A stretch of 64,000 nt of DNA, from NCBI GenBank assembly GCA_964252035.1, contig OZ176202.1; one strand, written 5' to 3'. Numbering within the stretch: the stretch's first letter is position 1; each line of letters opens with the position of its first letter. Origin of the DNA: Podarcis erhardii (lineage: Eukaryota). Positions 61,101 to 64,000 of this stretch are shown here, piece by piece. The notes beneath the pieces are model-generated. The model made no database searches. It saw only the letters and a list, made by a program, of their open reading frames with translations, and was not told where the DNA came from. Position numbers and translations under genes: made by a program.

Positions 61101-61166
61101 TTCTTTATCCAACAGTAACTGTGCTAAGGCACTGAGGATGCACTGACGGTCCTGCTGACTCCAGAT
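445..61166 (-). CDS. MDN1: MDN1 midasin AAA ATPase, partial gene (72 coding exons; gene continues beyond both window ends)
   Basis: Spliced translation matches recalled vertebrate midasin throughout. Six Walker A motifs: GPVGCGKT, GETGTGKT, GDTSIGKT, GDTGCGKT, GSPGVGKT, GPAAAGKT. Walker B motifs: ILLED, ILLDE, IILDE, FLMDE, IVLDE, LLMDN. These are followed by the long helical linker. All 71 intron phases are compatible. Confidence 0.98.
1207..1280 (-). CDS. MDN1: MDN1 exon 72
   Basis: EFVKISKWNDVSFWAIKQSVEKTH(R). Confidence 0.95.
1469..1578 (-). CDS. MDN1: MDN1 exon 71
   Basis: MLCNVLWNLYNYYKQFSECVQARLTELRHPIEKELK. Confidence 0.94.
2376..2513 (-). CDS. MDN1: MDN1 exon 70
   Basis: VNLKALLGTLQAFIEGSTLGEF...LLMPQVEGN(D); acceptor is the first in-phase AG after a distal pyrimidine tract. 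Confidence 0.85.
3492..3616 (-). CDS. MDN1: MDN1 exon 69
   Basis: CWSVSLDNTRKHHTEKSMKHWFSIYQMIEK...KKTE(D). Confidence 0.92.
4191..4285 (-). CDS. MDN1: MDN1 exon 68
   Basis: DWEENASRAVSLRKHLDLVTQLIIQWRKLEL(N). Confidence 0.95.
4546..4641 (-). CDS. MDN1: MDN1 exon 67
   Basis: LLVVLDRIRSFPLSSPLSKFLNGLEILLAKSQ. Confidence 0.95.
4964..5199 (-). CDS. MDN1: MDN1 exon 66
   Basis: SEMNDNLHGSQLLAS...PYDFYHHPN...WPDHPALVQ. Confidence 0.94.
6002..6228. mobile_element. Tc1/mariner (Tigger-like) MITE
   Basis: TIRs CAGTCGTACCTCGG / CCAAGGTACAACTG; TA TSD on both sides. Confidence 0.85.
6546..6819 (-). CDS. MDN1: MDN1 exon 65
   Basis: DFEDITAEASLEGK...FARSLWYQQ...HFYPLI(G). Confidence 0.93.
7757..7918 (-). 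CDS. MDN1: MDN1 exon 64
   Basis: VIINEWDEQERQAQE...FRRKFPLHEK. Confidence 0.94.
8773..9472 (-). CDS. MDN1: MDN1 exon 63 (700-nt linker exon)
   Basis: MLRQRIQKLKDQ...WQQSHHQFRKRL...LFRHLCQ. Confidence 0.95.
9952..10061 (-). CDS. MDN1: MDN1 exon 62
   Basis: LHHLECEWKTHNLSTQLRTGKDLEDEAISHHSHPHI(R). Confidence 0.93.
10825..11212 (-). CDS. MDN1: MDN1 exon 61
   Basis: FTDSKFQGVMLHRQL...DPAVKREYKLKYAEEE. Confidence 0.94.
11487..11701 (-). CDS. MDN1: MDN1 exon 60
   Basis: GVGILSRAVFSKCLSEIL...WDVTGLP...SSMAEF(R). Confidence 0.93.
13080..13247 (-). CDS. MDN1: MDN1 exon 59
   Basis: VSAEEISLMWSELVN...FWSSVVTTNPERWL...PKSLMDCSAQ. Confidence 0.92.
13451..13799 (-). mobile_element. Sauria SINE (tRNA-derived), full length
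   Basis: Minus-strand head GGGACGTGGGTGGCGCTGTGGGTTAAACCACAGAGCCTAGG, B-box GTTCGAATCCC, tail ...CCTTTTACCT. Flanked by a 15-bp near-TSD (13436-13450 / 13800-13814, one mismatch). Confidence 0.88.
14024..14150 (-). CDS. MDN1: MDN1 exon 58
   Basis: NGSSQQSSLCSEIRQFIAFCLKFTP...LLDSQK. Confidence 0.9.
14567..14789 (-). CDS. MDN1: MDN1 exon 57
   Basis: ELWALVNLQQSKL...VQLWPAMEYLAVLW...ASLQ(R). Confidence 0.92.
15060..15270 (-). CDS. MDN1: MDN1 exon 56
   Basis: DVGVVDVSVQLWKISKAL...LVLRANNLKDVIS(D). Confidence 0.9.
16192..16312 (-). CDS. MDN1: MDN1 exon 55
   Basis: LPKDIQSASQQIQACLANPAGVSASVKKLQKFWGRPLPFK. Confidence 0.91.
16755..16915 (-). CDS. MDN1: MDN1 exon 54
   Basis: ILHCLLWRDRFWTISDMVAVDSSGLALLSLHWHW...TYEQQ(K). 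Confidence 0.93.
17768..17901 (-). CDS. MDN1: MDN1 exon 53
   Basis: PGSHSSLPHAIVVNLAGFFELWDAFVLNWVKSTQGSVSDEKMYE. Confidence 0.91.
17917..17966. repeat. 25-bp tandem duplication in the exon 53 acceptor region
   Basis: AAAATTAAACCAAAAGA(T/A)AATGCAG twice. Confidence 0.92.
18047..18156 (-). CDS. MDN1: MDN1 exon 52
   Basis: AILFLDREKKSYVERSLINTKKPRTSALRMSLEFHK(D). Confidence 0.92.
18397..18437. repeat. (GATT)n(GGTT)n tetranucleotide repeat
   Basis: Directly visible. Confidence 0.9.
18541..19497. mobile_element. Tc1/mariner (Tc2-like) non-autonomous DNA transposon, 957 bp, CpG-rich
   Basis: TIRs CCGTATTTTTCGCCCTATAAGACGCAC and GTGCGTCCTATAGGGTGAAAAATACGG. TA on the left flank, TTA on the right. 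No transposase. Confidence 0.85.
18721..18956. repeat. ~106-107 bp tandem repeat (2 full copies plus a partial) inside the MITE
   Basis: Unit GAGGCTGG(T/C)GGTGGGGAAAGCAG... starts at 18721, 18828 and 18934. Confidence 0.9.
19541..19666. mobile_element. Degenerate palindromic hAT-like MITE
   Basis: GAACTACGACACCCATCATGCCTGGCCATTGGCCATG...AAACATCTGAAGGG resembles the same family. Confidence 0.45.
19695..19824 (-). CDS. MDN1: MDN1 exon 51
   Basis: EHVIPMDPRWNMQCLDIISNSVDFE...LLKSLSN(R). Confidence 0.92.
19873..20087 (-). mobile_element. Tigger-like MITE family A, inverted relative to the 47820/50340/52251 copies
   Basis: TIRs CAGTGGTACCTCAGGTT / AACCTGAGGTACCACTG; TA TSD; internal sequence is the reverse complement of the 47820 copy with a small deletion. 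Confidence 0.9.
20452..20565 (-). CDS. MDN1: MDN1 exon 50
   Basis: SVYTQLEAGAASLNNFYFSPLSGAISNVIKLLQPNMT(D). Confidence 0.91.
21374..21594 (-). CDS. MDN1: MDN1 exon 49
   Basis: MLPLTIHDFEKILHS...ATNQDWTLRV...KKNLPQVP(D). Confidence 0.88.
22552..22754 (-). CDS. MDN1: MDN1 exon 48
   Basis: HMLDLIMKHVSVLDSEETRG...LGLWPDS...LNLRNS(R). Confidence 0.9.
23014..23159 (-). CDS. MDN1: MDN1 exon 47
   Basis: SSYTLSALINAATLIVQQLRRG...GDNQK; AG/GT. Confidence 0.92.
23412..23614 (-). CDS. MDN1: MDN1 exon 46
   Basis: LFLSMDPSHGEISRAMRNRG...KESIA(G); AG/GT. Confidence 0.94.
24041..24191 (-). mobile_element. tRNA-derived SINE with CR1-like 3' tail
   Basis: Minus strand begins TTGGTTAGAGTGCGGTG (A-box-like) and ends CCTTTCCAACTCTACAAATTCTTTGATTCTA, resembling the CR1 3' end. 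Confidence 0.6.
24656..24772 (-). CDS. MDN1: MDN1 exon 45
   Basis: PSVLDRLNALLEPGGVLTMSERGVIDGVTPTITPHPNF(R). Confidence 0.95.
25422..25581 (-). CDS. MDN1: MDN1 exon 44 (AAA6 degenerate Walker B)
   Basis: FSRLVEEFRHF...HGTFEWVDGMLVQALQSGEWLLMDNVNFC(S). Confidence 0.94.
26361..26631 (-). CDS. MDN1: MDN1 exon 43
   Basis: VDIIRPWKSLLEKVEN...ISSYSKP(E); AG/GT. Confidence 0.94.
26738..28070 (-). mobile_element. 5'-truncated L1-clade LINE (ORF2 C-terminus, 3' UTR, poly A)
   Basis: Perfect 19-bp TSD TGTTTCTTTCTTGCTTTCA at 26719-26737 and 28071-28089. AATAAA and A12 on the minus strand. ORF2 C-terminal CCHC-type motif CWKC...HLWWTC. Confidence 0.92.
27041..28070 (-). pseudogene. L1 ORF2 C-terminal fragment with two nonsense codons
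   Basis: One reading frame from the 5' junction (HAYLWYDK...) to the TAA at 27041, interrupted only by TGA at 27809-27811 and 27662-27664. Confidence 0.85.
28202..28462 (-). CDS. MDN1: MDN1 exon 42 (AAA6 Walker A)
   Basis: VGFSILSRANY...VGPAAAGKT...ELLGGFEQ; AG/GT. Confidence 0.95.
28572..28661 (-). CDS. MDN1: MDN1 exon 41
   Basis: VVCLFRDIFGQDAEPYMGSRQFHITPYDVQ; AG/GT. Confidence 0.93.
29475..29663 (-). CDS. MDN1: MDN1 exon 40
   Basis: IDQEVMIEKKWGHKGGPWEFNLRDLFRW...NTDKEK; AG/GT. Confidence 0.95.
30313..30420 (-). CDS. MDN1: MDN1 exon 39
   Basis: VFVDPLSSADMEYIGNTLFPAIDKKIIAKMVEFNNM; AG/GT. Confidence 0.94.
30591..30788 (-). CDS. MDN1: MDN1 exon 38 (GC donor)
   Basis: LNLASQSVLEGLNACFDHR...KSFLNRFTQ; donor CAG|GCAAGT. 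Confidence 0.92.
31826..31948 (-). CDS. MDN1: MDN1 exon 37 (AAA5 Walker B)
   Basis: DVTDLFGTDLPVEGGKGGEFAWRDGPLLAALKAGHWIVLDE. Confidence 0.95.
32515..32723 (-). CDS. MDN1: MDN1 exon 36 (AAA5 Walker A)
   Basis: PVYQKNNVSDYALNAGTT...LLEGSPGVGKT...RINLSEQT. Confidence 0.95.
33157..34584 (+). mobile_element. Non-autonomous poly(A) retrotransposon, L1-mobilised (HAL1-like), 1428 bp
   Basis: Perfect 19-bp TSD TAGAAATGGAAGGGTCTTG at 33138-33156 and 34585-34603. AATAAA followed by A16 at the 3' end. 3' tail resembles the L1 at 26738-28070. No RT or endonuclease ORF. Confidence 0.85.
33543..34118 (+). CDS. Intact 191-aa ORF of unknown family inside the retroelement
   Basis: ATG in strong Kozak context (ACAATGG); uninterrupted; E/K-rich with basic stretch RKMRKKKR; lies wholly inside the TSDs. 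Expression is unknown. Confidence 0.55.
   Translation: MAAEGKLLAEIEKMFFLVGILQEQSMALSKVFMTLNPETNNSAECTKEMYDKNSAAEQEEMPLELTEKKEGVQTLQVENINQKSAASEYEQEDLWITDLRKMRKKKREAPGVLGILKLERTKQYDWDFSLEYGKLDGLSQQTLFNILNERKYDLTLTELLRGLRTIKEDYQYSWQRGTDRESDASDVRNPG
34726..34923 (-). CDS. MDN1: MDN1 exon 35 (GC donor)
   Basis: TMSCSAGSAALAREKCLEYL...HPFFIPT(G); donor CAG|GCAAGG required by the phase of the next exon. Confidence 0.88.
35216..35449 (-). CDS. MDN1: MDN1 exon 34
   Basis: ADIAGLMMDFIEWLTNQEFG...YIDGIGS(G); AG/GT. Confidence 0.94.
37049..37178 (-). CDS. MDN1: MDN1 exon 33
   Basis: LSPALRNRFTEIWCPQSNNRMDL...AKQNDK(G); AG/GT. Confidence 0.94.
37404..37730 (-). mobile_element. Possible old LINE 3' UTR remnant
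   Basis: Minus strand ends AAATAAAACATTCATT followed by an A-run; AT-rich; no TSD found. Confidence 0.3.
37805..37892. repeat. Direct duplication, 38-bp perfect core, period 50
   Basis: AGGATCACTATGTGGTGAAACAAATGAGATATGAATTT at 37805 and 37855. Confidence 0.95.
38263..38398 (-). CDS. MDN1: MDN1 exon 32
   Basis: VLETEKTLVLAEKASEDNEVELLTAGKKFRILATMNPGGDFGKKE. Confidence 0.94.
38623..38750 (-). CDS. MDN1: MDN1 exon 31 (AAA4 Walker B)
   Basis: EFDGSRLFEWHDGALVLAMREDGFFLMDEISLADDSVLERLN(S). Confidence 0.94.
38792..38816. repeat. (ACAT)n tetranucleotide repeat
   Basis: Directly visible. Confidence 0.85.
38884..39022 (-). CDS. MDN1: MDN1 exon 30 (AAA4 Walker A, second half)
   Basis: CGKTTICQIFAALAGRKLHSVNCHLHMETSDFLGGLRP...; AG/GT. 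Confidence 0.95.
39128..39266 (-). CDS. MDN1: MDN1 exon 29
   Basis: KASRWTSIMGDEFSHIVWTQGMTRLAILAGRALEFGEPILLVGDT(G); acceptor chosen by phase. Confidence 0.86.
39378..39512 (-). CDS. MDN1: MDN1 exon 28
   Basis: FMLLAGRVRKQEEVDVIQTVMEKHFKRK...SVKKQM(A); AG/GT. Confidence 0.93.
39634..39775 (-). CDS. MDN1: MDN1 exon 27
   Basis: SYRRGSSVFAGKHGFITLRDLFRWAERY...LQHLAND(G); AG/GT. Confidence 0.95.
40124..40270 (-). CDS. MDN1: MDN1 exon 26
   Basis: VLSRAFRNRFVELHFDELP...KVMLELQ; AG/GT. Confidence 0.95.
40572..40765 (+). mobile_element. Degenerate squamate tRNA-SINE (Squam3-like)
   Basis: TAGAGCG...CAGGTTCAACTCACCAC...AAGCTCACTTGGTGATTCTAGGCCAGTC...CTAACCTAC matches a recalled consensus layout. 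Confidence 0.5.
40818..41026 (-). CDS. MDN1: MDN1 exon 25 (AAA3 Walker B)
   Basis: VLIDAMRKGYWIILDELNL...PGLYGGRK; AG/GT. Confidence 0.95.
41154..41332 (-). CDS. MDN1: MDN1 exon 24 (AAA3 Walker A)
   Basis: TYPVLIQGDTSIGKT...KLIFKE(G); AG/GT. Confidence 0.95.
41422..41662. mobile_element. Tigger-like MITE family B
   Basis: TIRs CAGTGGTACCTC / GAGGTACCACTG; TA TSD; internal sequence differs from family A. Confidence 0.88.
42602..42753 (-). CDS. MDN1: MDN1 exon 23
   Basis: SLPEPKGGRMIKVEGYWISIG...LRDIVRVVSA(G); AG/GT. Confidence 0.94.
43671..43713. repeat. (AC)~21 microsatellite; (UG)n in the MDN1 pre-mRNA
   Basis: Pure AC run starting 20 nt into intron 22. Confidence 0.97.
43734..43844 (-). 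CDS. MDN1: MDN1 exon 22 (GC donor)
   Basis: GFCLGFLTQLDRSSYPVVQRLICQHILSGNVKSILKQ; donor CAG|GCAAGT. Confidence 0.9.
43996..44143 (-). CDS. MDN1: MDN1 exon 21
   Basis: FYLSVRKECETKLVDGTGHRPHYSLRTLCRALRF...QRSLYE; AG/GT. Confidence 0.94.
44381..44500. mobile_element. Degenerate copy of the palindromic hAT-like MITE
   Basis: GACTACAACTCCCATGA...TGATGGGAGATGCAGT core, as in 61263-61398. Confidence 0.55.
45580..45731. mobile_element. hAT MITE, 152 bp
   Basis: TIRs CAGTGCTTTTTTC / GAAAAAAGCACTG; perfect 8-bp TSD CTACAAGT (45572-45579, 45732-45739). Confidence 0.9.
45821..45934 (-). CDS. MDN1: MDN1 exon 20
   Basis: FTELYVEELQNEGDLQILIMDYLKGLNVSKSVVQGIV(N); AG/GT. Confidence 0.93.
46169..46262 (+). 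mobile_element. tRNA-SINE fragment
   Basis: GCATGCAGAAAGTCCCAGGTTCAACCCC (B-box-like region). Confidence 0.35.
47319..47415 (-). CDS. MDN1: MDN1 exon 19
   Basis: PLVRHSNFRLFACMNPATDVGKRNLPPGIRN(R); AG/GT. Confidence 0.95.
47820..48045 (+). mobile_element. Tigger-like MITE family A
   Basis: TIRs CAGTGGTACCTC / GAGGTACCACTG; TA TSD; 226 bp. Confidence 0.9.
48514..48658 (-). CDS. MDN1: MDN1 exon 18 (AAA2 Walker B)
   Basis: GTLAQAVKKGEWILLDEINL...LLDRGDT(E); AG/GT. Confidence 0.95.
49112..49145. repeat. (TG)17 microsatellite
   Basis: Pure TG run. Confidence 0.97.
49328..49431 (-). CDS. MDN1: MDN1 exon 17
   Basis: SPLKEKWEELGIRLDHAKQQMKMTENALVFAFVE; AG/GT. Confidence 0.93.
50340..50549 (+). 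mobile_element. Tigger-like MITE family A variant
   Basis: TIRs CAGTGGTACCTC / GAGGTACACTG; TA TSD; shares GCTAATGGGG...GATTTCTGTTCTCATCCTGA core. Confidence 0.88.
50686..50891 (-). CDS. MDN1: MDN1 exon 16
   Basis: YKPVDNKLIWLPLRESFEELF...NKEAKEN(G); AG/GT. Confidence 0.95.
51455..51515 (-). CDS. MDN1: MDN1 exon 15
   Basis: HRLRVINMNQQSDTADLLG(G); AG/GT. Confidence 0.93.
51609..51757 (-). CDS. MDN1: MDN1 exon 14 (AAA2 Walker A)
   Basis: KKQTFAPTRPSSVLIEQLAVCVDKGEPVLLVGETGTGKTSTVQYLAHIT(G). Confidence 0.95.
52045..52157 (-). CDS. MDN1: MDN1 exon 13
   Basis: TEYYCQLYKPEIAIREQEVSVGRVQLLRKQIHALLVQ(R); AG/GT. Confidence 0.92.
52251..52476 (+). mobile_element. Tigger-like MITE family A
   Basis: TIRs CAGTGGTACCTCGGGTT / AACCCGAAGTACCACTG; TA TSD; colinear and highly similar to 47820-48045. 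Confidence 0.9.
53218..53313 (-). CDS. MDN1: MDN1 exon 12
   Basis: ALDCFTAMLSKQGSRLKMAEIIGSQLNISKHK; AG/GT. Confidence 0.93.
53335..53389. repeat. Compound (AG)n/(GGAGAG) purine microsatellite
   Basis: GGGAGAGAGGGAGAG...AGAGAGAG; forms the pyrimidine tract upstream of the exon 12 acceptor on the minus strand. Confidence 0.9.
53807..53888 (-). CDS. MDN1: MDN1 exon 11
   Basis: DLLNWCNRIAYNFDSSSSSTALNIFHE; AG/GT. Confidence 0.93.
54172..54362 (-). CDS. MDN1: MDN1 exon 10
   Basis: VLQRRYPKLAVVIDRLLEIYVELTG...EGRELSL(R); AG/GT. Confidence 0.92.
54655..54750 (+). mobile_element. LINE 3'-end fragment (CR1-like)
   Basis: GGCCCATCTAGTCCAGG...TTCTCACTGTGGCCAAC motif. Confidence 0.4.
55184..55298 (-). 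CDS. MDN1: MDN1 exon 9
   Basis: LFSYGGGWYKQQNSHAALLDKYWTKIKLNNMPKVELRE; AG/GT. Confidence 0.92.
56014..56117 (-). CDS. MDN1: MDN1 exon 8
   Basis: ISVLIPLLENGELLIPGRSDCIKVAPGFHLFATR(R); AG/GT. Confidence 0.93.
56321..56605. mobile_element. Tigger-like MITE with CGCAAGACGAA internal repeats
   Basis: TIRs CAGTGGTGCC / GGCACCACTG; right flank TA, left flank CA. Confidence 0.85.
57080..57211 (-). CDS. MDN1: MDN1 exon 7
   Basis: TLLGMYRCTDVPGEFVWQPGTLTQAVSKGHWILLEDIDYAPLDV; AG/GT. Confidence 0.95.
57764..57979 (-). CDS. MDN1: MDN1 exon 6 (AAA1 Walker A)
   Basis: QETILNQFVLVKS...EGPVGCGKT...GDQTDSK; NAGNAG acceptor allows an alternative start at 57976. Confidence 0.88.
58678..58870 (-). CDS. MDN1: MDN1 exon 5
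   Basis: LLEESRMQNVECALVLANP...QQFGPGEN; AG/GT. Confidence 0.9.
58986..59093 (-). CDS. MDN1: MDN1 exon 4
   Basis: YTASCLALVTCMNDEHRLSFLKKIFNPEELIHFRL(K); AG/GT. Confidence 0.93.
59730..59954 (-). CDS. MDN1: MDN1 exon 3
   Basis: FALRYFKDTSPVFQRLFLESS...HDTLVR(W); AG/GT. Confidence 0.95.
60940..61166 (-). CDS. MDN1: MDN1 exon 2
   Basis: AG/GT bounded; IWSQQDRQCILSALAQLLLDKEC...HPDVM(P). Confidence 0.93.
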
Positions 61167-61262
61167 CTGAAAACAAAGAGATGCTCAGTAAAGAGTGATC
61201 TCCCCCCCCCCCAGCATTCTACTGCAGTACAAGTCAAGGTGTGTATAGAAGAGACTTTAGAG

Positions 61263-61398
61263 CAACATTCTTCAACCTTGGATTCCCAGATATTGTTGGA
61301 CTACAACTCCCATCATTCCTGATTATTGCCTAAGCTGGCTGTGGATGATGGGTGTTGAAGTCCAACAGTATCTGGGAATCCAAGGTTGAAGAAAACTG
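61263..61398. mobile_element. Palindromic hAT (Charlie/MER5-like) MITE
   Basis: 49-bp inverted arms with 3 mismatches; degenerate 8-bp TSD CTTTAGAG / CCTTAGAA. Confidence 0.8.
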
Positions 61399-62159
61399 CC
61401 TTAGAAGTACAACAAAAAGGGATGAAAAAGATTTTTCAAACCTCCATAGAAATAGGATAAAGCTAGGAGGAAGAGCTGAAGAAGAATGTGGAAAGCAAGA
61501 ATGGGAGGGAAAGGTACTTTACACTTAGTGTAACATAAACATTTCTCCTGTTCCCCCTTTATTCATTCTACTATCAGAGACTTGGAACTGCCATACAAGC
61601 CTTACTAAAACGAGAGACTGGCAGCCATATTTGATGAGTTGCTTCTTATAAGCTCTTAAAAACTTAAGGTTACTTTTCTTGCAGACCTTTAAATTGATGG
61701 TTACTGCCAGGCATGCTATCACACAAAAAAACAACAACAAAAATGTACACAAAGTTAATTTACAGCTCATTTAAGGAAAGCAAACTGCCAATTCCACCCT
61801 TCCTTGTTCCTTGTTTAAAGTATTTTTCTAACCCACCTTGAATTACCATGACAAGACAGGCTACATTTCTAAATGAATTAAAAAAGAAAGAAAACACAAT
61901 GTGACTTTACTATAGGGTGGTATCAGACTGTGTCATACACATGAACAATTACAAACACCATTTGCCTTGTAATTGGGGAGGGGGCAGTGAACTAGAGTAT
62001 CGCATGTCTCTAACAACCTTCTGACTCCAATAAACCAAGTATAAGGAATACAACCCTCTCCTCATTTTTTTAACTCAAGATTACAAATATAGGAATTTGG
62101 CTTATAAATATAGTGGGCCTCTCTGGGCTCTTAAAAATTCAACACAGAGACCCTTAGAA

Positions 62160-62269
62160 CATGGATGGGGATCCAGGTGGACTCCAATTCCCATCATCCC
62201 TGAGCACTGGCCATGCTGGCGGAAGCTAATGGGACTCAACATCTGGAGGGTTATGGGTTTCCCACCCCA
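62160..62269. mobile_element. Degenerate palindromic hAT-like MITE
   Basis: AATTCCCATCATCCCTGAGCACTGGCCATGCTGGC...CATCTGGAGGG resembles the same family. Confidence 0.45.
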
Positions 62270-63213
62270 GTCAAAGTATTGTACAAAATGAGTGCCTAAA
62301 GATCGATGACAGCTTAATGTAAAGAGTCCTAAGGACAGTAGTTAGGGAAGAAATTTATAGCCCTACCAAGAGTAACATAACAGAATTAGGAAAGATGGAG
62401 ATAACTTTTGCTTTCATTCCTTGAAAATCTTTGAATCTTTTGACAAAAAAACCCCCAAAACAAATTCCAACCTTGTAAAATCATTTCTAATGAACTACTT
62501 TTCAATGGGCACATGAATCAGTTCTCTTTAAACACTATGGTACAAATCTGATGGAAGGTTTTGTACCCAATGAGATATATTTTCCTGAAACAACACTGCA
62601 AACTACATTTGGATCACAGTGATGGGAATGTAGCTACTCAGAAAAAGTGCTACATAAAACAAGGGGGCCCTTGTAAACAAGAACAGCACTCTGTGGTCCA
62701 AAGAGAGCAGATAACCTTTGCCCAAATGTTTGCTCAAGCTCTATAGTAAAACAATGAGAGATGGATTAAGCAAGCTGTAAAAATAATTCGTTGTTGCTGT
62801 AACCAATTTGCTACAAAGCTTGAAATCTTGCCCCATCTGAATGTATGATTAGGGGGGAAGAACAGTATTTTAGCGGTTGGGAATATTTCTAATTAAACTA
62901 ATTTTTGCTGCAAGCACAACCTCTGTTTTGTTACTGCTGTTAGCATATTACTATTTTGTCAATTAAAAATTACCTAAACTTAGATTTCCACCTAAATTCT
63001 AGCACAGTGGTTCTCTCAAGGGTGTGGTGACTCACGCTGGTGTGGCAGGAAGATTGAAGGATTATCAAAGAAACTTTTAAAGATTTCAGTATTGTACAGC
63101 AAAGCATTGAAAAAAAATTATTTGCAGAATGTGGATAGATATAGTTTCAAATTGAGAATAGAAGTGACTATTCTTCTTGCAAACAAGATATTAGTTAAAT
63201 TAGCTCCCCCTTA

Positions 63214-63278
63214 TATTAATAGTGCGTTTAACTTTTATTAATAATGCATTTAATTTTTATATTAATAGTGCATTTAAT
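63214..63278. repeat. Three degenerate copies of TATTAATA(G/A)TGC(A/G)TTTAA
   Basis: Directly visible AT-rich tandem repeat. Confidence 0.75.
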
Positions 63279-64000
63279 TTAATTTTAAAGCAAGCCAAAT
63301 TAAGCTCCAAATTAAGCAACAGCAAATTTACTAAAGAGTTAATGCTAGTACGAAGAGAAACAAAAATGCTGTACTAAAATTGAATTATGACCCCTCATCT
63401 TTACAGAGCTTTGTAATCCACAGGCCTTCTAACATTAGTCTCTCTTTTAATACACAAAAAGCACTTTGTTGAGGATGGAGTAAATAGTGAAAATCACCAG
63501 CAGTCTCAGGCTCCATAACCATACAATACATGCATTCATTTTGATATGCAAATATTGTATACCATATATGTGATCTGAGCACATGGGGACCTACACAAGA
63601 CTTTCATGTTTCGCCACATACTAATGTGCTTTCCGCTTACAACGTTTGCAACAGACTGAATCAGTCCTAAATCTTTTTGTTTGTGCAGACTACCAAAATA
63701 ATTTATTTCTCCATGATTAGCAGTTTACTGAAAGGGACTAGAAGTACATACATAAACAAACACACACCAGGGCTGTAGTCAAAGGGGTGTGTGGGTCAGT
63801 ATCTCTTCCCTTTGATCATACAGTCATAATACTTCTCAGATTTTCTCAAATGATCTATTACTCTTTTGAGGTTGAATGAAAGCCAGATACACACACACAG
63901 AAAATTTTACTATTTGGAGAAACTAACTCTTCTCCAGCCTCTTTCAAACTACTTGTCATGACCTTTATGAACAAATGTATTGAGGGGGTTTGTGCCAAAC

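Overview
Eukaryotic (squamate reptile) genomic DNA, probably from a lacertid-type lizard given a full-length Sauria SINE. The whole window lies inside one minus-strand gene, MDN1 (midasin/Rea1, the six-AAA dynein-like ATPase for pre-60S maturation). I traced 72 consecutive coding exons by hand (61166 down to 445; 11,922 nt = 3,974 codons). Every splice phase joins in frame with no stop codon. Exon numbers 2-73 assume one upstream coding exon; that exon and the C-terminal exons (D/E-rich region and MIDAS) lie outside the window. Three introns have GC donors. The introns carry many transposons: Tc1/mariner MITEs with TA TSDs, hAT MITEs with 8-bp TSDs, tRNA-derived SINEs, and a 5'-truncated L1 with a 19-bp TSD. 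The main find is a 1.43-kb poly(A)-tailed insertion with a perfect 19-bp TSD, an L1-like 3' tail, no reverse transcriptase, and one intact 191-aa ORF that I cannot assign to a family. It is a candidate non-autonomous, protein-coding, HAL1-like retroelement. A 957-bp Tc2-like MITE built from an array of long palindromes is also notable. Repeat family names come from recalled consensus motifs, not database searches.
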